Below are positions 51,883 to 63,554 of a stretch of 64,000 nt of DNA, in pieces (positions within the stretch are counted from its first letter, which is position 1; each line of letters begins with the position of its first letter). Position numbers and translations under genes: made by a program. This DNA is from Heterodontus francisci (taxonomy: Eukaryota). Below the pieces are notes generated by a model, which did not search any database, was not told the origin of the DNA, and saw nothing but the letters and a program-made list of their open reading frames with translations. Where the stretch lies: assembly GCF_036365525.1 (NCBI RefSeq), contig NW_027142325.1, positions 124,001-188,000 on the forward strand, given 5' to 3'.

Positions 51883-53219
51883 GAGTGGGGGGAAGAGATC
51901 ATGTGAGAGGAGATGTGGTAAATCAAATGAAAACGATAAGGTAATCGAGCAGAGTGGCGAATTAAGTAGTGATAACCAGAGTGCGGCAAGCTTAAGAGTG
52001 TACCAGCAGAGAAGACCAGAGATGGCAGAAATGGTATAAAGAGAGAGTTAAAGGCGCTGTATCTGAATGCACACAGCATTCGTAATGAACAGTTGCTACA
52101 CTGTATGACAGAGTATACAGGAAGAAATAAATGGGGCCTGTAAGAAAGGTACTGCAATCACATGGGTGATTTTAATCTATATAGATTGGACGAATCAGAT
52201 TGGCAAATGTTGCTTGAAAAATGAGTTCACAGAGTGTATTTCGGACAATTTCACAGAGCAGTACGTTCTGGAACCAACTAGGGAGCATGCTATTCTAGAC
52301 CTGGTAATGTGCAATCAGACAGGATTGGTCATTAACCTCATGGTAAAGGAGCCTCTAGGTGACAGTGATTATAACATGAGAGAATTTCACATTCAGTTTG
52401 AAGGGGAGATGTGTGGGCCTAAGACTAGTGTTTAAACCTAAATAAAGGTAAATACAAGAGTATGCCAGCAAAAAATATAAAATCAGACTGTAAAAGCTTC
52501 TACAGGTACGTAAAAAGGAAAAAGACAAATGTGGGTCCATTACAGGCAGAGTAAGGACAATTTATAATGGGAATAGAGAAATGGCAGAGAAGCTAAATAA
52601 TTATTTTGTGTCTGTCTTCCCTGAGGAAGATATAAGAAATTTCCCAGAATTAGAGATCCAAGGGGTTAGGGGGAATGAGGAATTGAAGGAAATTAGTATT
52701 AGTAAGAAGATTGTATTGGAGAAATTAATGGGGCTGAAGGTTGTTAAGTCCCCGGGACCTGATATTCTACATCCCAGAGTGTTTAAAAAGGTAGCTATGG
52801 AGATAGTGGATGCATTGGTGATCATCTTCCAAAATTCTATAGATTCTGGAGCAATTCCTGCAGATTGGAAGGTTGCAAATGTCATCCCACTATTTAAGAA
52901 GGGAGGGAGAGAAAACAGGGAATTACAGACCTGTTAGCCTTACATCGGTCATTGGGAAAATGCTAGAATCTATTCTAAAGGATGTGATAAATGGACACTT
53001 GGATAATAATGATCTGATTGGGCATAGTCAACATGGATTTATGAATGGGAAATCATGTTTGATGAACCTGTTGAAGTTTTTTGAGGATGTTACTAACAGA
53101 ATTGATAAAGCAGAGTGGTATACCTGGATTTTCAGAAGGCTTTTGATAAAGTCCCCCACAGGAGGTTGTTTAGCAAAATTAAAGCACATGGGATAGGAGG
53201 TAATCTACTGGCATGGATT

Positions 53220-54388
53220 TCTTTCTTTTTCTTTTTCTTTTGGGCCTCCTTATCTCGAGAGCCAATGGATACGCGCCTGGAGGTGGTCAGTGGTTTGTGA
53301 AGCAGCGCCTGGAGTGGCTATAAAGGCCAATTCTGGAGTGACAGGCTCTTCCACAGGTGCTGCAGAGAAATTTGTTTGTTGGGGCTGTTGCACAGTTGGC
53401 TCTCCCCTTGCGCCTCTGTCTTTTTTCCTGCCAACTACTAAGTCTCTTCGACTCGCCACAATTTAGCCCTGTCTTTATGGCTGCCCGCCAGCTCTGGCGA
53501 ATGCTGGCAACTGACTCCCACGACTTGTGATCAATGTCACACGATTTCATGTCGCGTTTGCAGACGTCTTTATAACGGAGACATGGACGGCCGGTGGGTC
53601 TGATACCAGTGGCGAGCTCGCTGTACAATGTGTCTTTGGGGATCCTGCCATCTTTCATGCGGCTCACATGGCCAAGCCATCTCAAGCGCCGCTGACTCAG
53701 TAGTGTGTATAAGCTGGGGGTGTTGGCCGCTTCAAGGACTTCTGTGTTGGAGATATAGTCCTGCCACCTGATGCCAAGTATTCTCCGAAGGCAGCGAAGA
53801 TGGAATGAATTGAGACGTCGCTCTTGTCTGGCATACGTTGTCCAGGCCTCGCTGCCGTAGAGCAAGGTACTGAGGACACAGGCCTGATACACTCGGACTT
53901 TTGTGTTCCGTGTCAGTGCGCCATTTTCCCACACTCTCTTGGCCAGTCTGGACATAGCAGTGGAAGCCTTACCCATGCGCTTGTTGATTTCTGCATCTAG
54001 AGACAGGTTACTGGTGATAGTTGAGCCTAGGTAGGTGAACTCTTGAACCACTTCCAGAGCGTGGTCGCCAATATTGATGGATGGAGCATTTCTGACATCC
54101 TGCCCCATGATGTTCGTTTTCTTGAGGCTGATGGTTAGGCCAAATTCATTGCAGGCAGACGCAAACCTGTCGATGAGACTCTGCAGGCATTCTTCAGTGT
54201 GAGATGTTAAAGCAGCATCGTCAGCAAAGAGGAGTTCTCTGATGAGGACTTTCCGTACTTTGGACTTGGCTCTTAGACGGGCAAGGTTGAACAACCTGCC
54301 CCCTGATCTTGTGTGGAGGAAAATTCCTTCTTCAGAGGATTTGAACGCATGTGAAAGCAGCAGGGAGAAGAAAATCCCAAAAAGTGTG
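53220..54388 (-). mobile_element. RTE-clade LINE, 5'-truncated second copy with open reading frame
   Basis: 335-aa ORF with FADD and CSTCGRACHSRIGLYSH; (AAAG/AAAAAG)n tail at 53220-53240. Confidence 0.93.
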
Positions 54389-55940
54389 AAAAAAACTAAT
54401 TGAAACCTACAAAATACTTAAAGGGATAGACAGAGTAGATGCAGCCATGATGTTTCCCCTGGGTGAGGAGTCTCGAACCAGGGGACACAATTTCAAAATA
54501 AGCGGGAAGCCACTTAGGACAGAAATGAGGAGAGATTTCTTTACTCAGAGGGTTGTGAATCGTTGGAATTCTCTACCCCAGAGGGCTGTGGAAGCTCAGT
54601 CATTGAGTGTGTTTAAAGCAGAGATTGACAGATTTCTAAATACCAATGACATAAGGGGATATGGGGATAATGTGGGAAAAATGCATTGAAGTGGATGATC
54701 AGCCATGATCATCTTGAATGGCAGGGCAGGCTGGATGGGCTGAATGGCCTACTCCTGCTCCTATGTTCCTATGAAGGCAGAGTTATCTAAAGTGAACTGG
54801 GAAACTAGGTTAAAAGGTAGGACAGTAGAGATGCAGTGGCAGACTTTTAGGGAGATATTTAATAACTCTCAGCAAAGATTTATTTGAGTGGAAAGAATGA
54901 TTCTTTGAGAAACATGCATCATCCATGGTTAAATAAGCAAGTTGAGGATAGTATCAAATGAAAGAAACACTGTATAAATCTGCAAAGGTTAGTGCTGTGT
55001 CAGAAGCTTGGACAGTCTGAGAGAGAACTAGCTGGTGATATAAAAACAGATTGTAAGGGTTTCTACATGTATTTAAATAAGAAAAGAGTAACTAAAGCTA
55101 GAATTGGTTCTCTAGAGTGTGAGTCTGGGTAATTGATCATGGTAAACAAGGAAATAGCGGAGGTGTTGAACAGGTATTTTGTATCTGTTTTCACTGCAGA
55201 AGACTGAGAAAACCTGCCAAAGATACTTGAAAATCAGGAGGTGAAAGGGAGGGAGAAATTTAAAACAATCACCATCACCAGGGAAAAGCTGCTGGGAAAA
55301 CTATTAGGCCCAAAGGTTGACAACTCCCCAGGATCAGATGGTCTGCATCCTAGGGTCTTAAAAGAAGTGGCTGCAGACAGAGTAGAGGCTTTGTTTATAA
55401 TCTTCCAAAATTCATAGATTCTGGAAGGGTCTGAGCGGATTGCAAAATAGCAAATGTAAAATCTTCATTCAAGAAAGGAGGGAGACAGGAAGCAGGAAAC
55501 TATAGGCCAGTTCGTCTAACATATATCATAGGGAAATTGCTAGAATCCATTATTAAGGAGTTTATAGAAGGATACTTCGAAAATCATAATGGGATCTGAC
55601 AGACTCAACATGGTTTTGTAAAAGGGAAATCATGTTTAACTAATTTATTAAAGTTCTTTGAGGAATTCACAAGCGAGGTGGATAAAGGGGAATCTGTAGT
55701 TGTGGTGTACTTGGACTTCCAAAAGGTATTTGATAAGGTGTCACATAAAAGGTTACTACACAAGATAAGAGCACATGGTGTAGGAAGTAACATATTAGCA
55801 TGAATAAAAGACTAGTTAGTTAACATGAAGCAGAGAGTAGGGATAAATGGGTCTTTTTCAGGTTGACAAGATGTAACAAGTGGAGTGCCACAGGGTTCAG
55901 TGCGGGTGCCTCAACTATTTTAAATTTATGTCAATGAATT

Positions 55941-56225
55941 GGGGCGGCACAGTGGTTAGCACCGCAACTTCACAGCTCCAGGGACCCGGGTTCGATTCTG
56001 GGTACTGCCTGTGTGGAGTTTGCAAGTTCTCCCTGTGACCGCGTGGGTTTTCGCCGGGTGCTCCGGTTTCCTCCCACAGGTGATAGGTAAATTGGCCATT
56101 GTAAATTGCTCCTAGTGTAGGCAGGTGGTAGGGAATATGGGATTACTGTAGGGTTAGTCGGGACAGACTCAGTGGGCCAAAGGGCCTGTTTCAGTGCTGT
56201 ATCGCTAAATAAAATATAAATAAAA
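55941..56225 (+). mobile_element. tRNA-derived SINE (HE1/V-SINE type), internally deleted
   Basis: B box ggttcgattc, tgtgtggagtttgca core, A-rich tail. Confidence 0.88.
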
Positions 56226-57355
56226 AGAGACCAAATGTATGGTTGCTAAATTTGCCCAGGACACCAAGATAGGAAGTAAGCTGTCAAGAGGACATAAAGA
56301 GTTTACAAAAGGATATAAATAGATTAAGTGAGTGGGTAAAAATTTAGCAGATGGAGTATAATGTGGGAAAATGTGAACTTGTCCACTTTGACAGGAAGCT
56401 TAGAAAAGCGGTATACTATTTAAATGGAGAGAGATTGCAGAACCCGGTGGTACAGAGGGATCTGGGTGTCCTGGTACATGAATCACAAAAGGTTAATATG
56501 CAGGTACAGCAAGTGATTAGGAAGGTAAATGGAACATTGATGTTTATTGCAAGGGAAATTGTGTGTCAAAGTGGGTAAGTTTTACTGCAGCTGGACAGGG
56601 CCTTGTGAGACCACATCTGGAGAACTGTGTGCAGTTTTGGTCTCCTTATTTGAAAAGGATATAATTGTGTTAGAAGCAGTTCAGAGACGGATCACTCGAC
56701 TAATTCTGGGGATGGAGAGCTTATCTTATGAAGAAAGGTTGAACAGGTTGGGCCGAGACTTGTTGGAGGTTAGAACAATGAGAGGTGATCTTACTGAAAC
56801 ATATAGGTTCCTGAGGGGACGTGATAGAGTGTATACTGGGAGGGTGTTTTCTCTTGTGGGGGAGACGAGAACTAGGGGACACAGTTTAAGAATAAGAGCT
56901 CTCCCTTTTAAGATGGCGATGAGGAGAATTTCTTTTTCTCGAACGGTCATTAGTCTGTGGAATTCTGTTCCCCAGAAAGCAGTGGAGGCAGGGTCAATGA
57001 GTTTATTCAAAGCTGAGTTAGATGGATTTTTGATAGACAAGGGAGTCAAGGGTTATGGGGGGGGACAGACAGGAAAGTGGAGTTAGGATCACAACCAGAT
57101 CAGGAATAATCTTATCGAAAGGCGGAGCAGGCTCACAAGAACAAAAGAAATAGCAGCAGGAATAGACCATGTGACCCGTCAAGCCTGCTCCGCCATTCAA
57201 TATGATCATGGCTGATCTTGGGCTTCAATTCCACTTTCCCGCCCAGCCTCAGTCTCAGCCTTAAATATATTCAGTGATGGAGCATCCGCAACCCTCTGGG
57301 GTAGAGAATTCCAAAGATTCACAACCCCTTGAGTGAAGTAATTTCTCATCTCAGT

Positions 57356-58194
57356 TGTCATACTGGGCCCCCCACCTGCCAAGAATGAGGCACATTAATT
57401 TCACCACACGGACATTAAATTTCAAATTGTTGTTGGGAAGAAGAGAAGGCCTGTGACAATGGGTTACCAGGCCCCTGGCTGGAAAGATATTTTTGGAACA
57501 AAGGAGCTATCCCCTGCTCCAATACAATCCACAAACAGATGTGGTCAGACCAGTTAGTCACATGACTAACCTGCTTGGTTGGCATCTCGATTTATTTCTG
57601 ATTTGTACAGTTTTGAACTGAGAATCTGCAGAAAACTGTTTACTCCCAGACTGAAGAAGACCTCCTGTCTGTCTGTCTGCCTGCTCCCATCGCTTTCTCA
57701 CCAGCTTCTGAATCCATTGAAGACACATGAACCCCAAGAGAGAAAAGTCTCCTACAGTGAACAAGGTTTAAGAAGAATACTGGGCCCCAATGAAAAGCAA
57801 GATCTGCTTACAAGCAAGGACTCTGCAGTGAGTTCGAAGACCTGTAACAAAAACTCTTCAGATATTGCTGTAAGCTTTTACGCTTTATTTCTTCTGCTCT
57901 TTTCTGTCCCTATCTGCATGTGTATACCACGTATGCATGCTAGCATGGGCGCGTCGTGCATCCATAGGCATTAACTGAATTAGAGTTTAAGTTTAATAAA
58001 ATTTCACTTTTCTTCTTTAAACCTAAGAAAACCTGTTTGTGCTGGTTTCATTGCCTTATAATTGGAAAGCTGTGAACAAGAGTTCACCAAGGGAGAGCTA
58101 AAAACACAGTGTATTTGAAATAAAACCCTGTTACAGTAATACCAGGTGAAGGCCGAAAGGGAATCCTAGACCTCTTTCTCACCTGATCGTAACA
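57356..58194 (+). mobile_element. Solo LTR
   Basis: TGTCAT...GTAACA termini, CAGT TSD (57352-57355, 58195-58198), internal AATAAA. Confidence 0.9.
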
Positions 58195-58223
58195 CAGTCC
58201 TTATCCTGAGACTGTGCCCCTGT

Positions 58224-59243
58224 TGTTACGAGGGTTTCCATTTTTTGTTATAACTTGAGAATCTATATTTTAAAAACTGAAAAGGATTCCATGGATGCTG
58301 GAATCTTCAAGAAGCTGAACTTTGGATGTTTTTTTATGGGAAGGTCAACAGAAGGTTGACCATTAAACAAATTTTACTGAAAAACATCGGTTTGCAAATA
58401 ACCCAGCAGGGTGTTTGTGCTGTGACTCTGAAAAGGATGTTTACAAGGAAATGACAAACCAAGATTTCAGGTTGTCATACAGCCTGCCTCTGGAAAAGTT
58501 TTTGTTTCATTTTGAACTCTTAAGAAAGGCCAGTGGTTGTTTGGCCAAGAACAGAAAGAAATTTGCTTCCTGACCTGCCAGAAGAAAACAGCTCTCTCTT
58601 TAAAGAATTCCTGCATCAAGTTGTATTGTTGCCTCCCTGTATTTGAAGAAATCCTGAATGTTTTCAGAAACCTTGCATCTTTGAAAGAACTTTGCATAGA
58701 ATGTGCAAGAATTGAAACCTTTGTTACTGCACATCTGATGTAAGACTTATGCAATGCCTTCCGTAGCTGCATCTCTTGAAAACCTACCTAGACTGTTCAT
58801 CAACATTGTTGGAAAGAACTGTTCTAGGACGATTCCCAGTGGCAGCCACCTATTCGCCTTTGGGACACCTCGCCAACACAGAGGACTTCCATACCTTCTC
58901 TTCAGTCTCAGTTTTTTATTCCTTCCAACTGTAACAGTTGTAAACAAAAATCATTTTTTCTCCCGGTTAACCGGTTGTTTATGTGAGTGTGTGAGGGCGA
59001 GGATAAAAATAAAGGGTTTTAATATTTCAATTCATGCATATGTTTACTTCATTATTGGTTAAGACTTAGTTTATAATAAATGGATAATTTTGTTGTTTAT
59101 TAAAAAATATCTGGTTGGTGTGCTTTATTCTGAAGTAAAATAGATTGGCTGTTTCAGTAAGTGGGAAAATTTAAATACATGTTGTGACCTGTGGAGAAGT
59201 GGGACTGAATTAACAGTGCACTCCTCCTGCCTCGGTTATAACA
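58224..59243 (+). mobile_element. Solo LTR (family of 19522-20559)
   Basis: TGTTAC...ATAACA termini and homology to the reverse complement of 19522-20559. TSD unclear. Confidence 0.85.
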
Positions 59244-59741
59244 TCTTGTTTTAGATTCCCCGCATGGCGGAAACAATCTCTCAGTGTCTACCCGATCCAG
59301 AACTTTCAGAATCATGTACATTTCAATGAGATGCCTCACATTTTTCGAAACTCCAGAGAATGTAGTCCCAATTTACACAGCCTTTCATCATAGGACAACC
59401 CCCTCATCCCAGGGACCAATTTAGTGAACCTTCGCTGCAACCTCTCCAATGCAAGTATATCCTTTTTTAAATGTGGAGACCAAAAATGCACACAGTGTTC
59501 CAGATGTGGTCTCACCAAATCCCTGTACAATTATAGCAAGACTTCTTTATTCCTGTACTCCAATCCCCTTGCAATAAAGGCCAACATGCCATTTGCCTTC
59601 CTAACTGCTTGCTGTACCTGCATGCTATCTTTTTATGCTCGAAGGGTGACAGTATTAAACCTTTTCATTGTAAATACAACAGTATTAACTTGTCACTGTA
59701 AATACTACTGTATTAATCCCTGTCACTGTAAGTTTTTTTAT

Positions 59742-60033
59742 TAGAGTCATAGAAAGATACAGCACCGAAACAGGCCCTTCGGCCCACCGAGTCAGCACCG
59801 ACCATCAACCACCCATTTATACTTATCCTACATTAACCCCATATTCCCTCTCACATCCCTACCTTCCCTCAATTCTCCTAACATCTACCTACACTGGAGG
59901 CAATTTTACAATGGCCAATTTACCTATCAACCCTCAAGTCTTTGGCTGTGGGAGGAAACCGGAGCACCCGGAGGAAGCCCACACGGTCACAGGGAGAACT
60001 TGCAAACTCCGCACAGGCAGTACCCAGAATTGA
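59742..60033 (-). mobile_element. tRNA-derived SINE (HE1/V-SINE type), head missing
   Basis: Reverse complement of the 63053 family. Confidence 0.85.
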
Positions 60034-60261
60034 ATTTCTACAGGATTAATCCCTGTCAGTGTAAGGAACTATATTATTCATACACTCCAATTGCCATTTT
60101 CATTCACAGTCCATACTCTTCGCTTAATTGAGGTCCATCACGATATTTCTGTCCTGCAATCGAGATTCACAATTATCCACAGACTTTGATTAATTGTCTC
60201 TGCATTGTTGGTCTCTCACCTTTGCTTGTCTCTAATTTGATTTCTTTCTCTTTCTGTTCAG

Positions 60262-60361
60262 CTGCAGAGACTTTCCCCATTGCGATATTGTGCATTCCAC
60301 TTGGAGTGAAACTCCTCGCCCTTATAGTGATGTGGATTATTTTGTTGAGGGATAAATCCAG
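60262..60361 (+). CDS. Exon 4: transmembrane segment with central lysine
   Basis: Polypyrimidine acceptor tttctgttcag| and donor AG|GTATGT. Reads AAETFPIAILCIPLGVKLLALIVMWIILLRDKSR. The Lys codon at 60309-60311 lies in an LGxKxL context like that of Siglec-15. Confidence 0.85.
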
Positions 60362-60999
60362 GTATGTAATATTGCTGGGAGACTCTTGTCTTTAAATGCC
60401 TGAAGCTTGATTCATGGGTGAGCTTTGGTGGTGATTCAAACACTTGAGCCATTCTGGTCGATGAACAACCACACAGTGCATGTCCAGCAGAGGTCGCTGG
60501 ATCCCAGCAGGATCAGGAACCCTGGGCAATGTTTCCTTTCCCTATCCCAGTAGCTCTTGGACCAATTGGAGAGCCCCGACTGCAGCCCAGCTGGGATTGG
60601 CTAACTCAGCCCAGACATGGGATGGAAACTGGCCCCTTCCTGGTCTGTATGATTCAGCTCCTCACAGCAGGAACTTGCTGAGCTATCGGGGACCTGATTA
60701 AATCTCCCAGACCACCTGTATTCACTATTGTCTAGTTTAATCTGCAAGGTTAAGCCCTCAGGGCATATTATGGTTCAAAACTGATTGAGTTGAATTTGAT
60801 TGCAGTGCTGGGTTATTGACAGTCAGATTCCTGTTCACTTTCCAACCTCAGTCTTTCCCCAAGGCTTTCTGGAAAACACCAACCACTCACCTCAAGACCC
60901 GGAAAAAGAATAAAACACTCTGGGGATTGGCTGCTGTTCAGATGATGAGAATGATGGTTATCACAGTGTTGAAAATGATTTGCAGTTCCCTTTGACTCA

Positions 61000-61117
61000 G
61001 TTTTTGGTCACCTGTCCTCATATCTCCTCATGTGACTCGGTGTTCCATTTTGCCTGATTGTGTTCCTGTGAAGCACATGTTAAAAGTGCTATATAAATGC
61101 AAGTTTTTGTTCTTGCT
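61000..61117 (+). mobile_element. L2-type 3' end
   Basis: tttggtcacctgtcct...gtgctatataaatgcaagtt tail. Confidence 0.6.
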
Positions 61118-61320
61118 ATATAAACAAAGTGACTCCTGACATCGCAGCGGTCTGCTGACATAATCAGAGCGCTCCAAGCTGTGAACATGTGCAAACGGTC
61201 GCCTGCGCTGAGATGCTGCACATACTCAGCCTACGTCTTGCCAGGACTAACTGGTGCATGCGAAGGAAAACATTCTCCCCCCTCGCCCACTCACTCCCCA
61301 CTCCTCGCTTCCAGCCACCC

Positions 61321-61812
61321 TGCTCTCCAGCTGCTCACTCCCCTCTTCCGCCCACCATCCTGCTCTCCAGCTGCTCACTCCCCTCTTCCGCCCACCATCC
61401 TGCTCTCCAGCTGCTCACTCCCCTCTTCCGCCCACCATCCTGCTCTCCAGCTGCTCACTCCCCTCTTCCGCCCACCATCCTGCTCTCCAGCTGCTCACTC
61501 CCCTCTTCCGCCCACCATCCTGCTCTCCAGCTGCTCACTCCCCTCTTCCGCCCACCATCCTGCTCTCCGGCCGCTCACACCTCGCTTTCGTCCTCCCCCA
61601 TCCTGCTCTCCGGCTTCTCAGTCCCCTCTTCCTCCCACCATCCCACTCTCCGGCCGCTCGGGGAGTGAGCAGCCGGAGAGCAGGATGGTGGGGGGGGGAA
61701 GTGGGGAGTGTGCAGCCGGAGAGTGGGATGGGGGGGGGGAAGCGGGGAGTGAGCGGCCGGAGAGCAGGATGGGGGGTGAAGCGGGAAGTGAGTGAGTGGA
61801 CAGCGGGATGGC
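61321..61812. repeat. 40-bp minisatellite with an inverted arm
   Basis: Six identical copies of tgctctccagctgctcactcccctcttccgcccaccatcc (61321-61560), diverged copies to ~61658, then reverse-complement copies to ~61812. Confidence 0.95.
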
Positions 61813-62457
61813 ACTGAAACCTCACTGAATTACGGAGGGTGTGCAGCACTGTCAGAGGTGCTGTCCTTCTGAGAAAGTTTAAACAGTGCAACGTTCTCCG
61901 AGTATCAACCAAAACATGTCCATTGTCTGCTGTCATGTTTGCTTATGAAATGACAGTCACTGCTCCTAAAGTAATTCACTTTAGGTGAATTAAGATGACT
62001 AGCTACTAAATAACTGGCGCATGCGCAGGAGGGAGGGGAGACTGTTGGGGGTGGGATGGCGGTGGCAGCATGACAATATTTGAGTGGATCTTTGGGTTGA
62101 AGTTGTTTATCTGTGATAAACAGATAAACCATCATTAATCCTGGCAGCTGCCTGAACGTCGCAGACACTGATGTTACAGTGGAACAGGCTGCATTTTCGC
62201 ATGTGCTAGTACTGCGCCACCTGATGGTTGCGTTGTCAGCAAACGTCGCCCTTTATAAATGCAAGTTGTTGTTCTTGCTGAAAACAGGAACAACAATCAG
62301 ACCCATTGTGTCAGTGTTTAACACTGATAATCTAATCTGTTTTTAAATACATGGGGAATCCTATGTAAACAGCTGCAGGTTGTATATGGCGGTTCTGAAA
62401 ATGCTCTTATTTTACTGTTAATATGGCTCATTTTATTTAATCTTGTTTTGTCCCCAG

Positions 62458-62473
62458 AAAGGAGCAGGACTGA
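62458..62473 (+). CDS. Putative terminal exon: short cytoplasmic tail (R)KEQD*
   Basis: Strong acceptor tcttgttttgtccccag|. A phase-2 join gives TGA at 62471-62473. AATAAA lies downstream at 62754-62759. Confidence 0.5.
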
Positions 62474-62753
62474 TCCATCGCAGGAGGCTGAGAAACTGAA
62501 TGTTCAAACCGCAATATAAACCTGTTCCACTCGCCCTGCACTGAATCTCATCCAGCAATTTAAACTGGACTTGCTTTGGTCATCATTCACTGTGTGATCC
62601 TGGGTACTGAGTACAAAATTCGTCCTGTTAATCAGCTATTCAGCAAGGTTCTGCATCACACTGTGATGATCATTTAGACTTAGTGGGACAGTGTAACATG
62701 GGTGATAGCGAATCAACAGCCCGATTTAAATCCCTGCCATTGGCTGGAATGGA

Positions 62754-62759
62754 AATAAA
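62754..62759 (+). terminator. Candidate polyadenylation signal AATAAA
   Basis: About 280 nt after the predicted stop codon, in unique sequence. Confidence 0.35.
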
Positions 62760-63052
62760 AATGGGGAGAGATATAAAGCAGGCTGCTGATTGGCCGTTTT
62801 ACACTATCACACAAAGTCCAGATGACCCCGTTACTCTGAATGGAATCTGAATGTGAACATTCTCAATATCAGTCTGTCTAAATGGCCAGGCTTTATTTAT
62901 GGTGTAAACAGTGGGAGAGCTCATGGGGCAGAGGTGACTGTGAGTAGGACAGGTTTGAAACCCCAATTATTCCAGCTGCTTTGCTCAGGGAACTGGCTGC
63001 TGTTTCTAGCTCCTCGGCTGTGACGGGAGATTCTGCTGGAGGTCAGTCAGCT

Positions 63053-63412
63053 GGGCGGCACAGTGGCGCAGTGGTTAGCACTGCAGCCTCACAGCTCCAG
63101 GGATCCGGGTTCGATTCTGGGTACTGCCTGTGTGGAGTTTGCAAGTTCTCTCTGTGTCTGCGTGGGTTTTCTCCGGGTGCTCCGGTTTCCTCCCACAAGC
63201 CAAAAGACTTGCAGTTTGGTAGGTAAATTGGCCGTTATAAATTGTCACTAGTGTAGGTAGGTGGTAGGGAAATATAGGGACAGGTGGGGATGTTTGGTAG
63301 GAATATGGGATTAGTGTAGGATTAGTATAAATGGGTGGTTGATGTTCGGCACAGACTCGGTGGGCCGAAGGGCCTGTTTCAGTGCTGTAGCTCTAATCTA
63401 ATCTAATCTAAT
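63053..63412 (+). mobile_element. Full-length tRNA-derived SINE (HE1/V-SINE type)
   Basis: A box tggcgcagtgg, B box ggttcgattc, CR1-derived 3' end gggccgaagggcctgtttcagtgctgta, (ctaat)n tail. Confidence 0.92.
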
Positions 63413-63554
63413 AACTGATCTCAGAGTGAATCTGTGCTTTTACTGTCAGTCGATCAAAGTTACATGATGGAGCTGCAATGATTGTGAACAGTGCAATAAA
63501 TAATTCTTTGTGTATGTACTTTGGCTCCTCCTTAGCATCGCCTTTTACTACATT

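Larger units (their letters stand above)
48765..57140 (+). mobile_element. Decayed CR1 LINE hosting RTE, CR1 and SINE insertions
   Basis: ORF1 esterase 48765-49190, APE remnant ~52050-52440, linker/RT 54775-57086. An inner 5'-truncated CR1 lies at ~52476-54773. Confidence 0.8.
57138..59630 (-). mobile_element. CR1 3' fragment split by two solo LTRs
   Basis: LVRPHLEHCVHFWSPHL motif; tail at 57138. Confidence 0.8.
14959..62473 (+). pseudogene. siglec15-like: Siglec-15-like V-V-TM(Lys) immune receptor gene (5 predicted exons) with an in-frame TAG in exon 2; pseudogene, null allele or base error
   Basis: Phase-compatible GT-AG exons: signal peptide (phase 1), V1 (1-1), V2 (1-1), TM (1-2), tail. 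V1 and the TM closely resemble Siglec-15 motifs recalled from knowledge of the family. Confidence 0.8.

Noticed and set aside
59645-60070. Degenerate ~29-bp tandem repeat split by a SINE
   Set aside because: Low-complexity and decayed; nothing suggests function.
60852-60945. Alternative cytoplasmic exon (SLSPRLSGKH...)
   Set aside because: Phase-compatible but with a weaker acceptor than 62457 and no signalling motif. Cannot be excluded without cDNA.
61181-61936. ORFs across the 40-bp repeat; resemblance to a CRISPR array
   Set aside because: Head-to-tail minisatellite with no unique spacers and no cas genes, in vertebrate DNA. The ORFs are translations of the repeat.
63053-63125. tRNA gene
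   Set aside because: The A/B boxes are the head of a SINE that occurs four times in the window.
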